From positions 4,707,477-4,771,476 of the forward strand of contig BFEA01000037.1 of assembly GCA_003427395.1 (NCBI GenBank): a stretch of 64,000 nt of DNA, given 5' to 3'. This DNA is from Chara braunii. Its lineage: Eukaryota; Plantae; Charophyceae. Shown piece by piece: positions 61,203 to 64,000 of this stretch; the stretch's first letter is position 1; every line of letters begins with the position of its first letter. Made by a program: the position numbers and the translations under genes. The notes beneath the pieces were generated by a model. The model did no database searches. It saw nothing but the letters and a program-made list of their open reading frames with translations, and was not told the DNA's origin.

Positions 61203-63344
61203 GTCCACCGTGTCTTCGCTCTGTACACCCGAAGAACCCCTGCGCCTTGCTGTATTCCACGTCCAGCCAGCTATGGAAACTGGGCTATGGCGCTGCCCTC
61301 AGCAGCGCCCTTCTTCCCACACGACCGCAAGTGCACAGCACCTTGCCCCTAGCGCTAGCAGCAGCACGCGAGCGTCCGCTCCAGCAGCACTGCCGCAAAC
61401 TGGCAAGAGCCTGAATGAGACTCCAGGCAGCGATCTCTTTCCTATAGGGAAAGAGTCTGCCTGGCTTTCGACCTGGCTGGGCTGGGCTGGGCTGGGCTGG
61501 GCTGGGCTGGGCTGGGCCGGGCCTGCACCCAGAAGCTTCCGGTAGGCCCCAGGTTGCTGGGCCTCTGCTGGTGCTGCTGGGCCTCGTTCAGCTACTCCTC
61601 CCGACTGTCTGTGTATACTGCTGCGAATGTGGCCCAGGGCCTGCACTTCAAAAAAGTGCCTAGAAGGCCATGGAAAATCTTTGCTGCTCAGGTCCTGGGT
61701 TCCCTCAACCAACTGACGCGACACAAACTGGCTGAAACCCCAAACACAAAATTGACAGCATTGGGCCTCTCGTGATTTGTTAGGCCCGACTTCACTTAGG
61801 GCGGGCACACTTGCATCATGGGCCCCCTTAGGCCTTCCGAGGAGCCTTATCCTCACAAAAAAAGGAATCAAATTGTTTGTTGGTTTTGTTCATTCTCTCT
61901 GTGTTTTCCCCGTGCTCTCTTCAGTGTGTCAGTGCAGCATCTTTGAGATGCACGATGCTGATTGTTAGAAGAGCAAGTGAGTTGTGGTACCAGACCTGCA
62001 AATTCTGTAGATTTCTGCAAGTTTGCAATTTTGTCCCTGTTATTCTGTAGTAAATTATTTGTTTGTCGGAGCTTCGTCCGTATTCGTTTCACAACCTTGA
62101 GGATATTTCTGCAATTTCCTCAACCGGGACATGTTGGTAAATATGTTGCTGGAAAGGATTCAGCCGTGACTCATATCCAAAGAAGGCACGGAACCACACC
62201 TTTTTCCAGTACTTCAGGAAAAGGGATAAATGCAGGGGCACCAGCCCACGAAAAGTTCTATCCGGGGTAAGTTCTTGAAATAGCTGGGCCACAGAGCCCA
62301 GCCAACCCAGTCAAACGAACATCAGTGGGTGCAGCTAGGCTGCCTGGGCGCTGACTGAAGGAAAACGGACTTGAAGGCTCCCTTGACTGCAATGAGAAAC
62401 TCGTGCACTTGCACTGGCTGCAGTTGGGGGTACTGAGAGCTAGGTAGTGCAAGTAGCACTAGCCTTTCTAGGGCAGTTTTGCGGTTGTTGACGCTTGGGT
62501 GTTGTTGTTAACCATGTACACTTTCAGANNNNNNNNNNNNNNNNNNNNNNNNNNNNNNNNNNNNNNNNNNNNNNNNNNNNNNNNNNNNNNNNNNNNNNNN
62601 NNNNNNNNNNNNNNNNNNNNNNNNNNNNNNNNNNNNNNNNNNNNNNNNNNNNNNNNNNNNNNNNNNNNNNNNNNNNNNNNNNNNNNNNNNNNNNNNNNNN
62701 NNNNNNNNNNNNNNNNNNNNNNNNNNNNNNNNNNNNNNNNNNNNNNNNNNNNNNNNNNNNNNNNNNNNNNNNNNNNNNNNNNNNNNNNNNNNNNNNNNNN
62801 NNNNNNNNNNNNNNNNNNNNNNNNNNNNNNNNNNNNNNNNNNNNNNNNNNNNNNNNNNNNNNNNNNNNNNNNNNNNNNNNNNNNNNNNNNNNNTTTCAGA
62901 CAATAATAATAATTGTGTGGGAAGAGTGGAAGGCAGAGGGGAGTCAGGAAGAGTTCACTGTGCTCTCTATTTCTGTTCTTCTTGGTTGGTTGGCAGGCTG
63001 CTGTAAGCGGTTTGAGTTGTCCAGGCGTGAACCTACAGTGGTGATGGTCCACTTCAATCTTTTTCATGTTGATGCTGTTGTCCACCCATGCGTGCACCTA
63101 CCCGCTCACTTGCCTTGCTAGATGCTGCATAGTTAGTGCACGCCATGTTGAGTGCCTCGTTGTGTTGCCATGTGCCCACACTCCAGCTAGCTTGCCTAGC
63201 TGTATGCTGCCTACTGAAAACCCTGCGGTGCGCCTTGCTGAGTTCGCTCTGTCCGGACCTGCCTACCCAACTGTGCACGTGCTATGCGTTGCTATAAGTG
63301 GCCTTGTCCATGTGAGACCGCACACTGTGCTGTGTTTGCCCACT

Positions 63345-63635
63345 TGCAACCAGGTTCAAAGATGGTTATGACTCAAAGAAATGTCAGGGGATTCTGCAAA
63401 CTGCCCAGGATTCAGCACGCCCTGAGGAGTCGTTGAAAGCCCACCCAAACAGTCTGTCATTACCCCTGTTTTGTGTGTCTGTGATGCACACTTCGCTGTG
63501 TTTCCCCCCTCACAACAGGGCTATCTGAAGTTGGTTATGACTTTAAGAACTGTCAGGGGATTCTGCAGACTGCCAGGATTCAGCGTCCTGACGAGTCGAT
63601 GAGAGTCCAATGAAACAGTCTGTCATTGCTCCCAT
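63345..63635 (+). repeat. Diverged tandem duplication of a ~100-bp block
   Basis: GGTTATGACT..AAGAA.TGTCAGGGGATTCTGCA.ACTGCC...AAACAGTCTGTCATT at ~63364 and ~63533. Confidence 0.8.
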
Positions 63636-64000
63636 TTTTCCTGTGATCATGACCTCATTTGCTCTCACTGCTTCTTTCCATCTGCGAAAGTGCCAGCGTG
63701 CCTATGTTAATGTCCAATAGCAGCTATCTCATGCATAGCCAATGGGGGACACAGAGTGAATAGGGGATAATAATTGGGTAGGCCCGGAACTGATGGACCA
63801 CAAAGTATGTGGGGGAACACAGCAGGTTCTGCTCTGGCATGAATTAAACACACACAATCCATGCATTAAGGTGAACAAAAACATCGGGCAAAATTCCTTG
63901 TTCAGTAAGAGCAAAAGAAAACTAGACAACAGATCAGGTTTTCAAGGAAGGAACGGTCAGATATGGTGATTGCAGAGCCAAGGGATGAAAAGTCATGGGT

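Larger units (their letters stand above)
41070..61857 (-). mobile_element. Large Ty3/gypsy chromovirus disrupted by nested insertions; 5' LTR ~60068-61857, 3' LTR remnant ~41070-42924
   Basis: Shared LTR sequence ends at CCTTATCCTC(G/A)CA (42924 and 61857). PPT at 42925-42943; gag 57750-59550; protease 57024-57350; RT 45000-45900; RNase H 44239-44859; integrase 43522-44100; chromo-like region ~43030-43220. Confidence 0.8.

Noticed and set aside
62089-62292. Protein-like minus-strand ORF (LKYWKKVWFRAFFGY)
   Set aside because: It is short, has an upstream in-frame stop and shows no recognisable domain, so I cannot support a gene call.
62468-63121. Long ORFs containing X runs (also 55315-55665)
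   Set aside because: They stay open only because of assembly gaps.

Overview
This is repeat-dense eukaryotic nuclear DNA with no intact host gene visible. The retroelement families, (AG)n tracts and intron style suggest a charophyte alga such as Chara, but that is my inference and not shown by the sequence. From left to right the window holds: the end of an LTR; an unexplained array of 16 covarying stem-loops with a conserved TAAGTT loop (1.38-2.59 kb); a mitochondrial-type group II intron maturase fragment; a near full-length Chlamys/Naiad-type Penelope-like element (CCHC ORF1, GIY-YIG upstream of RT, 3' hammerhead ribozyme); an ~8.3 kb region bracketed by two inverted ~70-bp tandem arrays and carrying spliced exons for a PrimPol-type zinc finger; and several decayed, nested Ty3/gypsy elements with small DNA-transposon insertions. 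One of the gypsy elements is a chromovirus with both LTRs and an ATCCA target-site duplication. The best candidates for undescribed biology are the structured hairpin array and the PrimPol-ZnF-bearing element.
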